Notes: generated from the letters alone by a model not told the origin. 64,000 nt of DNA from a virus (IMGVR_UViG_3300009165_000005), one strand, 5' to 3'. Shown: positions 45,089 to 53,556, numbered from the stretch's first letter. Numbers and translations are program-made.

Positions 45089-45325
45089 GGCGTACAAGTG
45101 GAAACTCAATCGGTTGGCTTATCTATACTAAGCCCAATCCCGCGACCCCCGTAATCTGGGTAGGCTTGATGATCAGGATTCAAACAACGCGCTTTGATCT
45201 GCTACCAACATTGGTATTCGAGAATCCTACTAAGACCATGCTTCAGGTTCATACCATTAGGGTACACAAGAACCAGAGCCAACCTCAAAATATTTTCAAA
45301 ACAGTTTCATCACCACAAAAGTACT

Positions 45326-45961
45326 CTAAGTACACTCATCTCCGCCACGATGGATCCATTGTGGAAGCTGCACGGATCTCATGATGTTAAAATTTTTGTT
45401 AGCAATGGAAGAGAACACCTTGAACAACGGTTCGAAATTCCCATCCTCTGAAGCCTTGCGCTCAAGTAGCTTTACGGCCCCAAAAAAACGGTGCCTCACC
45501 CGTCCTTGGGTGAGACCTAACTGTGTTGCCACTTCACTTTGGCAAGTTGTCTTCCACATACCAATCAAGATCTCCACGTCTATGGGCTTCAGTGGTACGT
45601 AGGGTAGGATATTTCTCATTTCATCCTCAGTGACTTGAGGGATCGAGAGTAGGAACTTGATTCTCTGAAGGCCCCTGTCCAACCGATAGCTGATAGCTGC
45701 TTGAGTTACATCGAAGATCTCGGCTATGTCAGCCTGACGCTTCTTTCGTATGTAATACAGCTCAATCAGGTCAGCTTCTCTATCTGGGATTCTATCGAGA
45801 AGGGGCCGCACCTGAGTTTCGAAATGCAGAGAAGACAGGATCGATTCGATCTTCTCCTTCTCCTCTTCCTCCAGAGGTTCGTCGAATAGGGGCTCTGGCG
45901 ACGCAAACCGGTTTGCCATTTCTGAAGGGTCAACCGAAATTACATAGCCAGTACTACTCAT
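45326..45961 (-). CDS. Tandem sigma-70 region-4-like HTH protein (211 aa)
   Basis: HTH1 READLIELYY..RQADIAEIFDVTQAAISYRLDRG; HTH2 DVEILIGMW..QSEVATQLGLTQGRVRHRF. No region-2 motif visible. Confidence 0.75.
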   Translation of the reverse strand: MSSTGYVISVDPSEMANRFASPEPLFDEPLEEEEKEKIESILSSLHFETQVRPLLDRIPDREADLIELYYIRKKRQADIAEIFDVTQAAISYRLDRGLQRIKFLLSIPQVTEDEMRNILPYVPLKPIDVEILIGMWKTTCQSEVATQLGLTQGRVRHRFFGAVKLLERKASEDGNFEPLFKVFSSIANKNFNIMRSVQLPQWIHRGGDECT

Positions 45962-45967
45962 ATTACC

Positions 45968-47821
45968 TCAACTGGTTTTGGAAAACCCAGCACCCGAAGG
46001 TAACTGGAAGAAAGTGGAGATCAGAGTCTCAGGTTGAATGGCGCATTGCTTAAGAGCTTCAAAAGCGCCATCGAAGTCAGGTGCAGACTCACGTAGTTCG
46101 TATTCAAGGTCCGACCTAAGTGCCATTAACTCGACATTAAGCCTAGCTTGCTTCTCGAAGTCTTTGATCTTCTCGTACTGCGTCTTGGTTAACCCAGCTA
46201 GATTTGAAGCGTATATGCCGTTGATCGAGCCTTGGGTAGTAAGAAGGGAGGCCAAGATCTTTCTAGGAACTCTTGGAACTCCAGGTAGATTGTCTGAGGT
46301 GTCACCCGAGAGGGCTCTGAGGTGTACCATCAGCCGCGGTGGGACTCCATACTCTGCCACAACCTTGTCCGGGTCGTAAAGGGTCTCAGGTCGACTTCCT
46401 TGCTTGGGGACCAAAAGTAAGTCGGTATAGGTAACTAACTGTAAGAAATCCCTGTCAGTGGATATTATGACATTGTGCTTCCCACTGAGCTTGTTTCTCA
46501 CCAAACAAGCGATGATATCATCAGTTTCCTCCTCAGGATTGTGTACTTGATGGATCCCAAACATCGGAAGCATCGCCTGAAGTCGAGACATCTCAGCATA
46601 GGTCTCCTGACTATGCTCAGGTCTACCAGCCTTGTACTCTGGGTACATCTTGGCTCTACGTTGTTTTGAGCCATCCCATACCACGTACAAGCTTGCTCTT
46701 GAAAAACGCTTCTTGAAGGCGGCTAGGCTACGTAGAAACCCAAATACCAGTGCAGTGGAGTGCCCCTCACTGTCCGTTAGCTGTTCCGAGAAATTCCTGA
46801 ATGCACTGATAACCCTGTAGGCTAGGTTGTGTCCGTCGAAGATGATGTTGTTAGCCATATCTGGGTTCCAATCTGGTACAGATCTCTCGAGAAGGTCACA
46901 ATCCCTGTGGATGATGGAGAAACGTGAGATGAAGACGTCAAGATCCTCGAGCTCGGAGGCCTTTCTCGTCAAAGCATCGATATCTGGGAGTTGAACCAAA
47001 GGTAAGTAGAATAGAAAGCCAGATCTCTCCAAGAAGGCATTCATCTGCTGAACTCGTAGATACTTCCGTATTAGGGGTTCCCCATCTGAGCCACAAAAGG
47101 CCATAGGTGAGGAAAGATCCACTAACAACTTCTTCCCTTCTCGAAAGGCCCTCAACCACCCCTGAATCTTCGAATATCGTTGAATCAAAGTATCTAACAA
47201 ACGTCGACCTGGAACCAAAGCCATCATGGGCGCCCGAGCCAGATCCACCAACCTCCTAATCCGAGTCAACTTGGTGAGAAAAGGTGAATTGTACTGTTGG
47301 TCCTCAGTTTCTTTCGAGACAAACTTCAGGAAACTACGGGGTAGCGTGAGCAGCGCTTGTTTGGACCTGAGTTTGATGAATACTTGAACTGAGTTATTCT
47401 CGGGAATGTTCTCAATGACCTTGCCATTGATCCCACTGTAGGCCCCACTCATCACAAGAACCTCATCCCCAACCTCAATCCCTTGTTCGGTCTCCACGTG
47501 AAGTTGACGACGCATCTGTTCGATGGACCTATCGAAGACTGGGGATATCTTACGCACCCTATGCTCGACAACGGTTAGAACCGACGCCACGTACTTCGAA
47601 CCCTCAAGCTTGAAGTACACTTGATCTTGTTGAGTCCTTCTGACGAATATGTAGTTCTCAACGAGCTTGTAGACGGATCTCGAGTGCCCACGCGTGATGA
47701 TAGACGCGGGCACAAATACGTCTTTGAGGCTCTTAACGGCTTTTCCAACCGCCTTGCGCAGTACTTCTGGATCCTCATCCTCACCTTGAGGACTCAATTC
47801 TAGGACAACCCACTCAGCCAT
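45968..47821 (-). CDS. NusG-like (NGN+KOW) - helical linker - 5'-3' exonuclease/flap endonuclease fusion (617 aa)
   Basis: N-terminus WVVL..VFVP..ENYIFVR..KYVASVL and KOW IEVGDEVLVMSGAYSGINGKV. C-terminus IIFDGHNL, VVWDG..R...YPEYKAGR, ETDDII, IISTDRDFLQL, ALSGDTSDNLPGVP. No stop between domains; ATG at 47821. Confidence 0.85.
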   Translation of the reverse strand: MAEWVVLELSPQGEDEDPEVLRKAVGKAVKSLKDVFVPASIITRGHSRSVYKLVENYIFVRRTQQDQVYFKLEGSKYVASVLTVVEHRVRKISPVFDRSIEQMRRQLHVETEQGIEVGDEVLVMSGAYSGINGKVIENIPENNSVQVFIKLRSKQALLTLPRSFLKFVSKETEDQQYNSPFLTKLTRIRRLVDLARAPMMALVPGRRLLDTLIQRYSKIQGWLRAFREGKKLLVDLSSPMAFCGSDGEPLIRKYLRVQQMNAFLERSGFLFYLPLVQLPDIDALTRKASELEDLDVFISRFSIIHRDCDLLERSVPDWNPDMANNIIFDGHNLAYRVISAFRNFSEQLTDSEGHSTALVFGFLRSLAAFKKRFSRASLYVVWDGSKQRRAKMYPEYKAGRPEHSQETYAEMSRLQAMLPMFGIHQVHNPEEETDDIIACLVRNKLSGKHNVIISTDRDFLQLVTYTDLLLVPKQGSRPETLYDPDKVVAEYGVPPRLMVHLRALSGDTSDNLPGVPRVPRKILASLLTTQGSINGIYASNLAGLTKTQYEKIKDFEKQARLNVELMALRSDLEYELRESAPDFDGAFEALKQCAIQPETLISTFFQLPSGAGFSKTS

Positions 47822-49328
47822 TTCCCACTCTATTCCAGATCTCCAAGAATCCACGACGCCACTGAGCATGCGTGATCAAATCTCTATCACTAGAGGTGTT
47901 AGCTTCGAATGTAAACTGAGAGGGATTTCTCCTCTTCCCAGGGTTTCCCTTTGGGATCACTTGAGTGTCATAAATAGTCCGAGCTTCTGGATCACTGGAC
48001 CCTAGATTACCAATTTCTGGCTCACTGGGTTCCGGATCTGGGGGAGCCTCAGGTTGACGAGGAGCCTCAGGTTGACGAGGGGCTTCAGGTTGACGAGGGG
48101 CTTCAGGTTGACGAGGGGCTTCAGGTTGACGAGAGACTTCAGGTTGACGAGAGACTTCAGGTTGACGAGAGACTTCAGGTTGACGAGGAGCCTCAACCGA
48201 AGGAACAGAGGGCGCTACGGGCTTCTGAACCACCGCAACTTGTGTGAGAATCGGAACAGGAGCCGTAGGGACTGAATAATTGAGAGATCCGATGGACCCT
48301 GAATAGGCCAGAGTTGTCACGTCGCAAATCAGACTGACCTGAGTTACGAACCTAGACCTAAGAAAGTGGCTGGAGACCTTGATCAGTTCAAACCCATACA
48401 ACTTGTAGACCTCGGCAGCTTGAGTGGTGTCCGTAAAGGCGAAGTCAGCTCCAAGGCCATTAGCCAACCGAAAGGCGTTCATTGCGGCCTCGGACAACCC
48501 TGAAGCTACCTCTTCAGCAGTCACTCTCTCACAGGCCTGGTCAACTAACTGAAGAGCCTTTTTGACGTCCTGCTTGATGTTGATGAGAATCTGGTAGTAA
48601 GTCGAAACTACAGACAGGTTCAGGTACTCACGGACATTATCAAGAGTGATTGGCCCAACTTGGGCTATCATCTCGAGCCGACTCACAACATCACGAACAT
48701 GACCCCCAGCATAGTCGATGACTGTCAGCACACCCTCATCTTCGTATTCTACCTTCTCAGACTCTAAGATGTGCTTCATCCGAACCAGGACATCATCCCG
48801 AGTAACCTTACGAATACCGTACTCCTCACATCGGGATCTAATAGCCCCACGAACCTTCTCAGGTTCGGTGGTACAGAACATCCCGATCATCTTTCGTTCT
48901 TCTAAGGGCTTTAGGAGAACATCTTGGGCATCCTTCGACATTCGGTGGCACTCGTCGAACAGGTAGATGCGCTTAGCTGCCCCTACGACTGCGAACGGAA
49001 GACTGTCCACAATTCTTCGAATCTGTTCGATCCCACCTTGACTGGCGGCATCCTGTTCAGAGAAAGCCACCGAAGAATCATTGAGGATCGAAACACAACT
49101 CTCGCATTGGTTACAGGGTTCAGGGTCACTCCTATCCAAGTTCTCGCACAACATTGCTCGCGCGTAGATACGACTTAAGGTCGTCTTTCCCTGGCCGCTG
49201 CCTCCAGAGAAAATGTAGCTAGTATCTAGCGCAGTCCCGTTCTTGAGCCTAGCTTTGAGAAGTTGGACTGTACCCTTTTGACCCAAGACATCCGCAAACA
49301 CTAATGGACGGTGAGTTGTATCCCACAC
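47814..49328 (-). CDS. dnaX: DNA polymerase III clamp-loader subunit gamma/tau
   Basis: HRP..FADVLGQ, GGSGQGKTT, C..PCNQCESC zinc motif, EQDAAS..G.E.IR, LFDECH, IRSRC. Confidence 0.92.
   Translation of the reverse strand: MWDTTHRPLVFADVLGQKGTVQLLKARLKNGTALDTSYIFSGGSGQGKTTLSRIYARAMLCENLDRSDPEPCNQCESCVSILNDSSVAFSEQDAASQGGIEQIRRIVDSLPFAVVGAAKRIYLFDECHRMSKDAQDVLLKPLEERKMIGMFCTTEPEKVRGAIRSRCEEYGIRKVTRDDVLVRMKHILESEKVEYEDEGVLTVIDYAGGHVRDVVSRLEMIAQVGPITLDNVREYLNLSVVSTYYQILINIKQDVKKALQLVDQACERVTAEEVASGLSEAAMNAFRLANGLGADFAFTDTTQAAEVYKLYGFELIKVSSHFLRSRFVTQVSLICDVTTLAYSGSIGSLNYSVPTAPVPILTQVAVVQKPVAPSVPSVEAPRQPEVSRQPEVSRQPEVSRQPEAPRQPEAPRQPEAPRQPEAPRQPEAPPDPEPSEPEIGNLGSSDPEARTIYDTQVIPKGNPGKRRNPSQFTFEANTSSDRDLITHAQWRRGFLEIWNRVGNG
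48043..48196 (-). repeat. 18-bp tandem repeat (8 full units) in dnaX encoding E[AV][PS]RQP
   Basis: Variants ggagcctcaggttgacga / ggggcttcaggttgacga / gagacttcaggttgacga in contiguous blocks with no spacers. Confidence 0.95.
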
Positions 49329-49339
49329 TGGTTAAGCCT

Positions 49340-49828
49340 TTACTCGCTGGCTGCGGTCTGAACTTCAGAATCCTCTTCCTCAGTCATGAAACTCAGGTCG
49401 AGAGATTGAGCCACCGAAGCAAAGTTCGAAAGATCCTCAGTCCAAGCCCCGTGACGTCGGAGGATCGAACTGAACTCATAAACGTCAGGCTCTCTCGTCT
49501 TCCATTTCATCTCCGCAGTCTGTTCATCCTCCTCACCGGTACAACGCTCGAGGAGATGGTCTACCAACGCGGTACGACGACTGGCATCCAATTCGTTCCA
49601 GGCATCGAGAGGGATCTCAATGAGGAAGTCTGGTTTCCCTGTGATCAGAAACTTCTGCAGGTCACTCATCTTCTTCACAGTACCAAGAACGGTCTTTCCA
49701 CCCTTCTTACTGCACTTCTCTTTAAAAATGTACCTGAACTTGGCCTCAGCTAACTCAGGGTGGTGAGTGCCAATCAGACTGTTAGCTATAGATTCGACAG
49801 ATTGAGCTTCTTCGTAGGTCTGTGCCAT
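49340..49828 (-). CDS. Phage putative-metallopeptidase-family protein with a degenerate Zn motif
   Basis: HHPEL..AKFRYIF..G..VLG..K..DFLIEI..W..L...RTALVDHLLERC..EPDVYEF..ILRRHGAW; the expected HEXXH reads HLLER. Confidence 0.65.
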   Translation of the reverse strand: MAQTYEEAQSVESIANSLIGTHHPELAEAKFRYIFKEKCSKKGGKTVLGTVKKMSDLQKFLITGKPDFLIEIPLDAWNELDASRRTALVDHLLERCTGEEDEQTAEMKWKTREPDVYEFSSILRRHGAWTEDLSNFASVAQSLDLSFMTEEEDSEVQTAASE

Positions 49829-49830
49829 GG

Positions 49831-50532
49831 TTACTCCGTGATTTGGTTCCGAATGTACGGACCTAGCAAGTCATCACCCCAAACTTCCCAGAGGTCAGCA
49901 GGGTCTTTTACTAGCTTGCCATTTGAAAGGGTAACCCCACGTGGGTACTCCATGATCTGAAGATGATCAAAGTCCAGGTGGTGCTCCCTAGCAAACTCTC
50001 GACAGGCAGATCTTCCAGTTGAGTCCGCATCGTAGAACAAGTACACCTTACGCACAAGACGAAATAACCAACGTAGCAAGTCGTCAGTGACCTTAGCAGT
50101 GATCGTACTGATCGTATACGGAAGTACTCTTTGAACTGGGAACAAGTCAAAAGCACCTTCAACAACACACGCTGAATTGCTAGACCACATGTGAGGGATA
50201 GCCTGCCCCAATCCAAAGAGTACGGGCTCGTCACGTACTAAGAAGTAGTCCAAGTACCCCTTGTTTGACTTGTCAACGGATCTGAACTGGAACCCGCTCA
50301 CCACATCAAGGGGGTTGGTGAGCGGCAGAACATAAGAGTCCTTCAGTTTACCGCCGTCATGGGACCACTCCTTGAAAGCTTGGGGTACCCCAGATGGGAG
50401 AACCCCATCCAAGTATCCTAACTTGAACTCGGCTATCTGCTCCGGAGAAGCTCCTCGACACCAGAGCGCTTCCTGGACTCTCTCGTCCAAATTGCCTCGA
50501 GCGAAGTCAATTAAGTCATCAGCCCAACTCAT
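49831..50532 (-). CDS. dnaG: DnaG-like primase catalytic (TOPRIM) core without a zinc-binding domain
   Basis: RG....I..FKLGY, VLPL..VSGFQFR, VLFGL, VVEGAFD, LFYDADSTG, KDPAD; only 233 aa. Confidence 0.75.
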   Translation of the reverse strand: MSWADDLIDFARGNLDERVQEALWCRGASPEQIAEFKLGYLDGVLPSGVPQAFKEWSHDGGKLKDSYVLPLTNPLDVVSGFQFRSVDKSNKGYLDYFLVRDEPVLFGLGQAIPHMWSSNSACVVEGAFDLFPVQRVLPYTISTITAKVTDDLLRWLFRLVRKVYLFYDADSTGRSACREFAREHHLDFDHLQIMEYPRGVTLSNGKLVKDPADLWEVWGDDLLGPYIRNQITE

Positions 50533-51100
50533 GAGACTCGATCACCACCAACGTCTTGTCCACGTTGTAAAGTTGGAGACCAAGGTAATCTCCTACCCTT
50601 ACGTAGACACCTAAAGCCGGTGCATCAGTCGTCAAAAGCGCCATATTGCTCGGAAGGTCAGAGGACAACAACTGAAGGCCCTCGACTTTCCCTACCTGAG
50701 TGGCATCCGAATTAGTGAATCGATGGATCACCCCACGGGGTAGAATCAGGTTCTTGGGTTTGAACCTAGAATCATTCATGGAATCTACTGCAGATCCAAC
50801 TGAATCGAAGGTATTGGACCAACCGTAAGTTCTTGCCAGCTCCCGAACTTGATGAGCTAGCGCTGAAAGGACTAAGGGCTCCTCCTCCAAAGTACAAGGG
50901 GAGAACCCAAATCGAGCCAGCCCTTCGTTGTTCTTCTGAGTCACAACGAACCCTCGACGAGCATTGGTGACCAGAATCGGATCTAACCCGTCAGCAACCC
51001 CTCTTTCGGACAGAGCGGGAACTGCAAGCCCAGCCCCAGACGAACCACGAGGGCGAACCCTCTCCGTTATCAGGAGATAGCTAAAGACCGAGAAGTTCAT
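50519..51100 (-). CDS. Hypothetical protein (193 aa)
   Basis: Overlapping start/stop junctions at both ends. Confidence 0.65.
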   Translation of the reverse strand: MNFSVFSYLLITERVRPRGSSGAGLAVPALSERGVADGLDPILVTNARRGFVVTQKNNEGLARFGFSPCTLEEEPLVLSALAHQVRELARTYGWSNTFDSVGSAVDSMNDSRFKPKNLILPRGVIHRFTNSDATQVGKVEGLQLLSSDLPSNMALLTTDAPALGVYVRVGDYLGLQLYNVDKTLVVIESHELG

Positions 51101-51639
51101 TGTTCAGGTGGAGGGGAGAGAAGCTTCGTGGTGTCAATCTTGGGAGTCACCGGCTCCAATCGAACCCTTCTGAAGAAGAACAAGACTCTCTTCCACCAGG
51201 GTACACTCAACTCCTGGACTGCCATGAGTACCCATAGAAGAACAAACAGTTCAGATTGGTTGGTCCTAACCCAATCTACATCTTTCAGGTCCCGAGCTAG
51301 ATCGGGTAAAATGTCAGAACGGATCTTGGCAGGCTTGAAGTCTGAGCACTTCTTAGCATCAATCGGATCTTCACAGATGGTCCCCTCCCAGTTTTCAGGA
51401 TCATTGCAGTTGAGGAGACAGAGCCCAATGGTTTGAACCACCGGAAGATCAACCTTGTCCGTAATCCGATTGTACTCGGGGTTTTCTTCCCCCTCAATCT
51501 GCTTCCGAGTATCCAAGGAATGACGGTAGTTATAGATGCATCGAGTAGGGAGTCTCTCCGAAGCTTCGGCCACCCTGCGGTCAAGCTCCAAACATACTAG
51601 CTCTCTAATCCTGGCCTCTACTTCAGATTTGGTTCTCAT
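51097..51639 (-). CDS. Cys-containing hypothetical protein with a hydrophobic C-terminal segment (180 aa)
   Basis: RCIYNYRH..LCLLNC..ICED..KCSDF; ELFVLLWVLMAV..WWKRVLFFF. Confidence 0.6.
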   Translation of the reverse strand: MRTKSEVEARIRELVCLELDRRVAEASERLPTRCIYNYRHSLDTRKQIEGEENPEYNRITDKVDLPVVQTIGLCLLNCNDPENWEGTICEDPIDAKKCSDFKPAKIRSDILPDLARDLKDVDWVRTNQSELFVLLWVLMAVQELSVPWWKRVLFFFRRVRLEPVTPKIDTTKLLSPPPEQ

Positions 51640-52330
51640 GTTTGAAACCTTTAGCTCGCCGAAGAGTCAGGTGATTTCTGCCATCCTCACTCTTGGTATC
51701 CGCGTGATAGGCTACCGGCGCAAAATCAACGTAGGACTGCTTGTGGGTCACCAAGAAGATGTCCAAGCCCATGGTCTTGGCTAGGCTTCTCATGAACAAG
51801 CTCGTGGTTTCCACGTACTCATCTGACACCGCAAACAGAGTCTCATCGAGGAGCAGGAACTTCCTGCGTTTTAGCCTAAGCAGGGTCAGAATACGAAGGA
51901 TCAGACTCGCAATGACTGCAGGGCCTCCACCGTAGGATTCCATTGGATCCCCACGGGTACCACCGTTATTCAAGTCCCCATCGCAGATGAAGAACTCTGC
52001 ACTCACTTTGTTGTACTTCGAGGACAAGTCGGTTTCGAAGCGTAAGTCCTGGTCAAAGAAGATCGTCTGGAAGCCACTAGAGATCACCTCATCGATGGTC
52101 TTCACCTGATCTCGAACCATACGATCCATGAGCATCAAGTAGAGCTCAGAGACCTTAGCCAAGACTATCAAACGTGAAGAGAGAGACTCCAACTCTCTCT
52201 CCTTATCTTTGAGCTCGGAAACCAACTGATTCCGAAGCGCTTGAACCTTGGTTGCCCTAGTCCTAAGCGCTTCGAGCCTTTGCTTTTTTCCTACTTCGCT
52301 TGGGAGGGCATGAACCTTGTCACTCGACAC
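51623..52330 (-). CDS. sbcC: SbcC/Rad50 ABC-ATPase C-terminal half
   Basis: Short coiled coil, then signature SYGGG, Walker B LLLDE, D-loop-like AVSD and H-loop LVTH; no Walker A. Confidence 0.85.
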   Translation of the reverse strand: MSSDKVHALPSEVGKKQRLEALRTRATKVQALRNQLVSELKDKERELESLSSRLIVLAKVSELYLMLMDRMVRDQVKTIDEVISSGFQTIFFDQDLRFETDLSSKYNKVSAEFFICDGDLNNGGTRGDPMESYGGGPAVIASLILRILTLLRLKRRKFLLLDETLFAVSDEYVETTSLFMRSLAKTMGLDIFLVTHKQSYVDFAPVAYHADTKSEDGRNHLTLRRAKGFKHENQI

Positions 52331-53556
52331 AGGATGCCTTCCTCACTGTTGGGGGTTGCCTTGCCAGTTGCCGGATCCAGGTAGAACTCGTCAATGGTTC
52401 TGAATAGGCAGGTAGCCTGCTTCTTCCCTTCCTTTGGCTTTCCAAGATACCCACGGAAGTTGATCTCATAACCCTTCATGCTCTGGACCAACTCAGTGAG
52501 TTGCTTGGCACTCACGGTGGAGGCGAAGGAATCAGCCTTGGATTGGGTTGTGCCCTCTTCAGCCTCAGTCACCGGAGATGCTTCAACTTTGATCGACTTA
52601 GCCCGGGACTCCGGAACATCGAACCAAATCTTGTTGGTCTTCGAGTCAAAGTTGAGGATAATGCTATCCTTCTCCTTGTCTCGGAAAGCACCCTTTGCAC
52701 ACTCCAGGGCGTGCAACAGACGACCCTTATTGATTCGAGCAACGAGAGAGTCCGTCTTGAGAGCATGGTAGTTGAACTTGTCGTGCAGCTCCCCATGACG
52801 TGTCCACCCAAACACATCACCCTTCTCATTGATAGCGAAGGTCTTGTTATCTCCAAGCTTGATGACAACCTTATCCCCACACTTGGCCAAGAAACTCATG
52901 AAGGCCGAAATATAGTTTCCATGAATGGCAAGCTTCTTCCCAACGAAGTGATCGCTCCTGAAGAAAAAGGCCATGAACTTGTTGGTGGCATAGACATAAC
53001 CGTCCCCCTTCTCGAACTTAGCCTTGTCGAGGATCTCAACTCCATGGAAGGCCTCGGGCACCGCCTGATCTGACTTGTCAGCCATGAAAGCTCGAGCGAG
53101 GTTGATGGCCTCTCGTAGTACCCCTGGGCTGAACTCGTAACTCTCCGTGGCTGATTCCAAGTCTTCATCGTACCTGGAGATGCTATCCGGAGAGAAAGAC
53201 CCGAACTCGGCTTCTGCACCATCCGGCGAGGTCACGTATTTTACTGTATGTCGGCCATCCTCATCAGAGTTAGCTTCGATCACACAGGTTTCCTCTTCCT
53301 TGGCCAGAGGGCGAAGAGAGTTGCTGAGGTTCTTGGCGGGAAATACGAACGACCCATCCCCACTAGACTCGATCAGATCGAACTTCGCCCTGGAGATGCA
53401 AGTCTCGTCACTCGAGTAGAGAAAGCATTCAGTACCTCGGACAACGAACAGGTATCCAGCTCCTTCGTTGGCCATAGTTGAATGTGGGGTGACCGTTGAG
53501 ACCACGTCAAGGGCCTCGATGATGTCTGCCAGATTGAAATTGATTCGGATGTTCAT
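52291..53556 (-). CDS. dnaN: DNA polymerase III beta sliding clamp-like protein
   Basis: Three repeated clamp-like domains (ALDVVSTV..LYSSD; VLREAINLA..FHGV..VYATN; INKGRLLHAL); 421 aa; dnaX nearby. Confidence 0.6.
   Translation of the reverse strand: MNIRINFNLADIIEALDVVSTVTPHSTMANEGAGYLFVVRGTECFLYSSDETCISRAKFDLIESSGDGSFVFPAKNLSNSLRPLAKEEETCVIEANSDEDGRHTVKYVTSPDGAEAEFGSFSPDSISRYDEDLESATESYEFSPGVLREAINLARAFMADKSDQAVPEAFHGVEILDKAKFEKGDGYVYATNKFMAFFFRSDHFVGKKLAIHGNYISAFMSFLAKCGDKVVIKLGDNKTFAINEKGDVFGWTRHGELHDKFNYHALKTDSLVARINKGRLLHALECAKGAFRDKEKDSIILNFDSKTNKIWFDVPESRAKSIKVEASPVTEAEEGTTQSKADSFASTVSAKQLTELVQSMKGYEINFRGYLGKPKEGKKQATCLFRTIDEFYLDPATGKATPNSEEGILCRVTRFMPSQAK

Noticed and set aside
48043-48196. 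Short repeat array as a possible CRISPR or mini-array
   Set aside because: Units are contiguous with no unique spacers and are in frame within dnaX.
48549-48557. C_AAA_AAG in dnaX as a gamma/tau frameshift site
   Set aside because: Imperfect heptamer located inside domain III (about aa 256); a shift there would truncate the oligomerisation collar, unlike the E. coli site.
50519-51100. Faint resemblance of the 193-aa ORF to an HK97/encapsulin P-domain fragment
   Set aside because: The resemblance rests on a few generic residues and the replication-gene context does not support it; it would need HHpred or Foldseek.
52283-52290. A_AAA_AAG slippery heptamer near the start of the SbcC C-half
   Set aside because: The -1 frame stops within about six codons, and the site lies after the clamp stop codon, so it cannot join the split genes.
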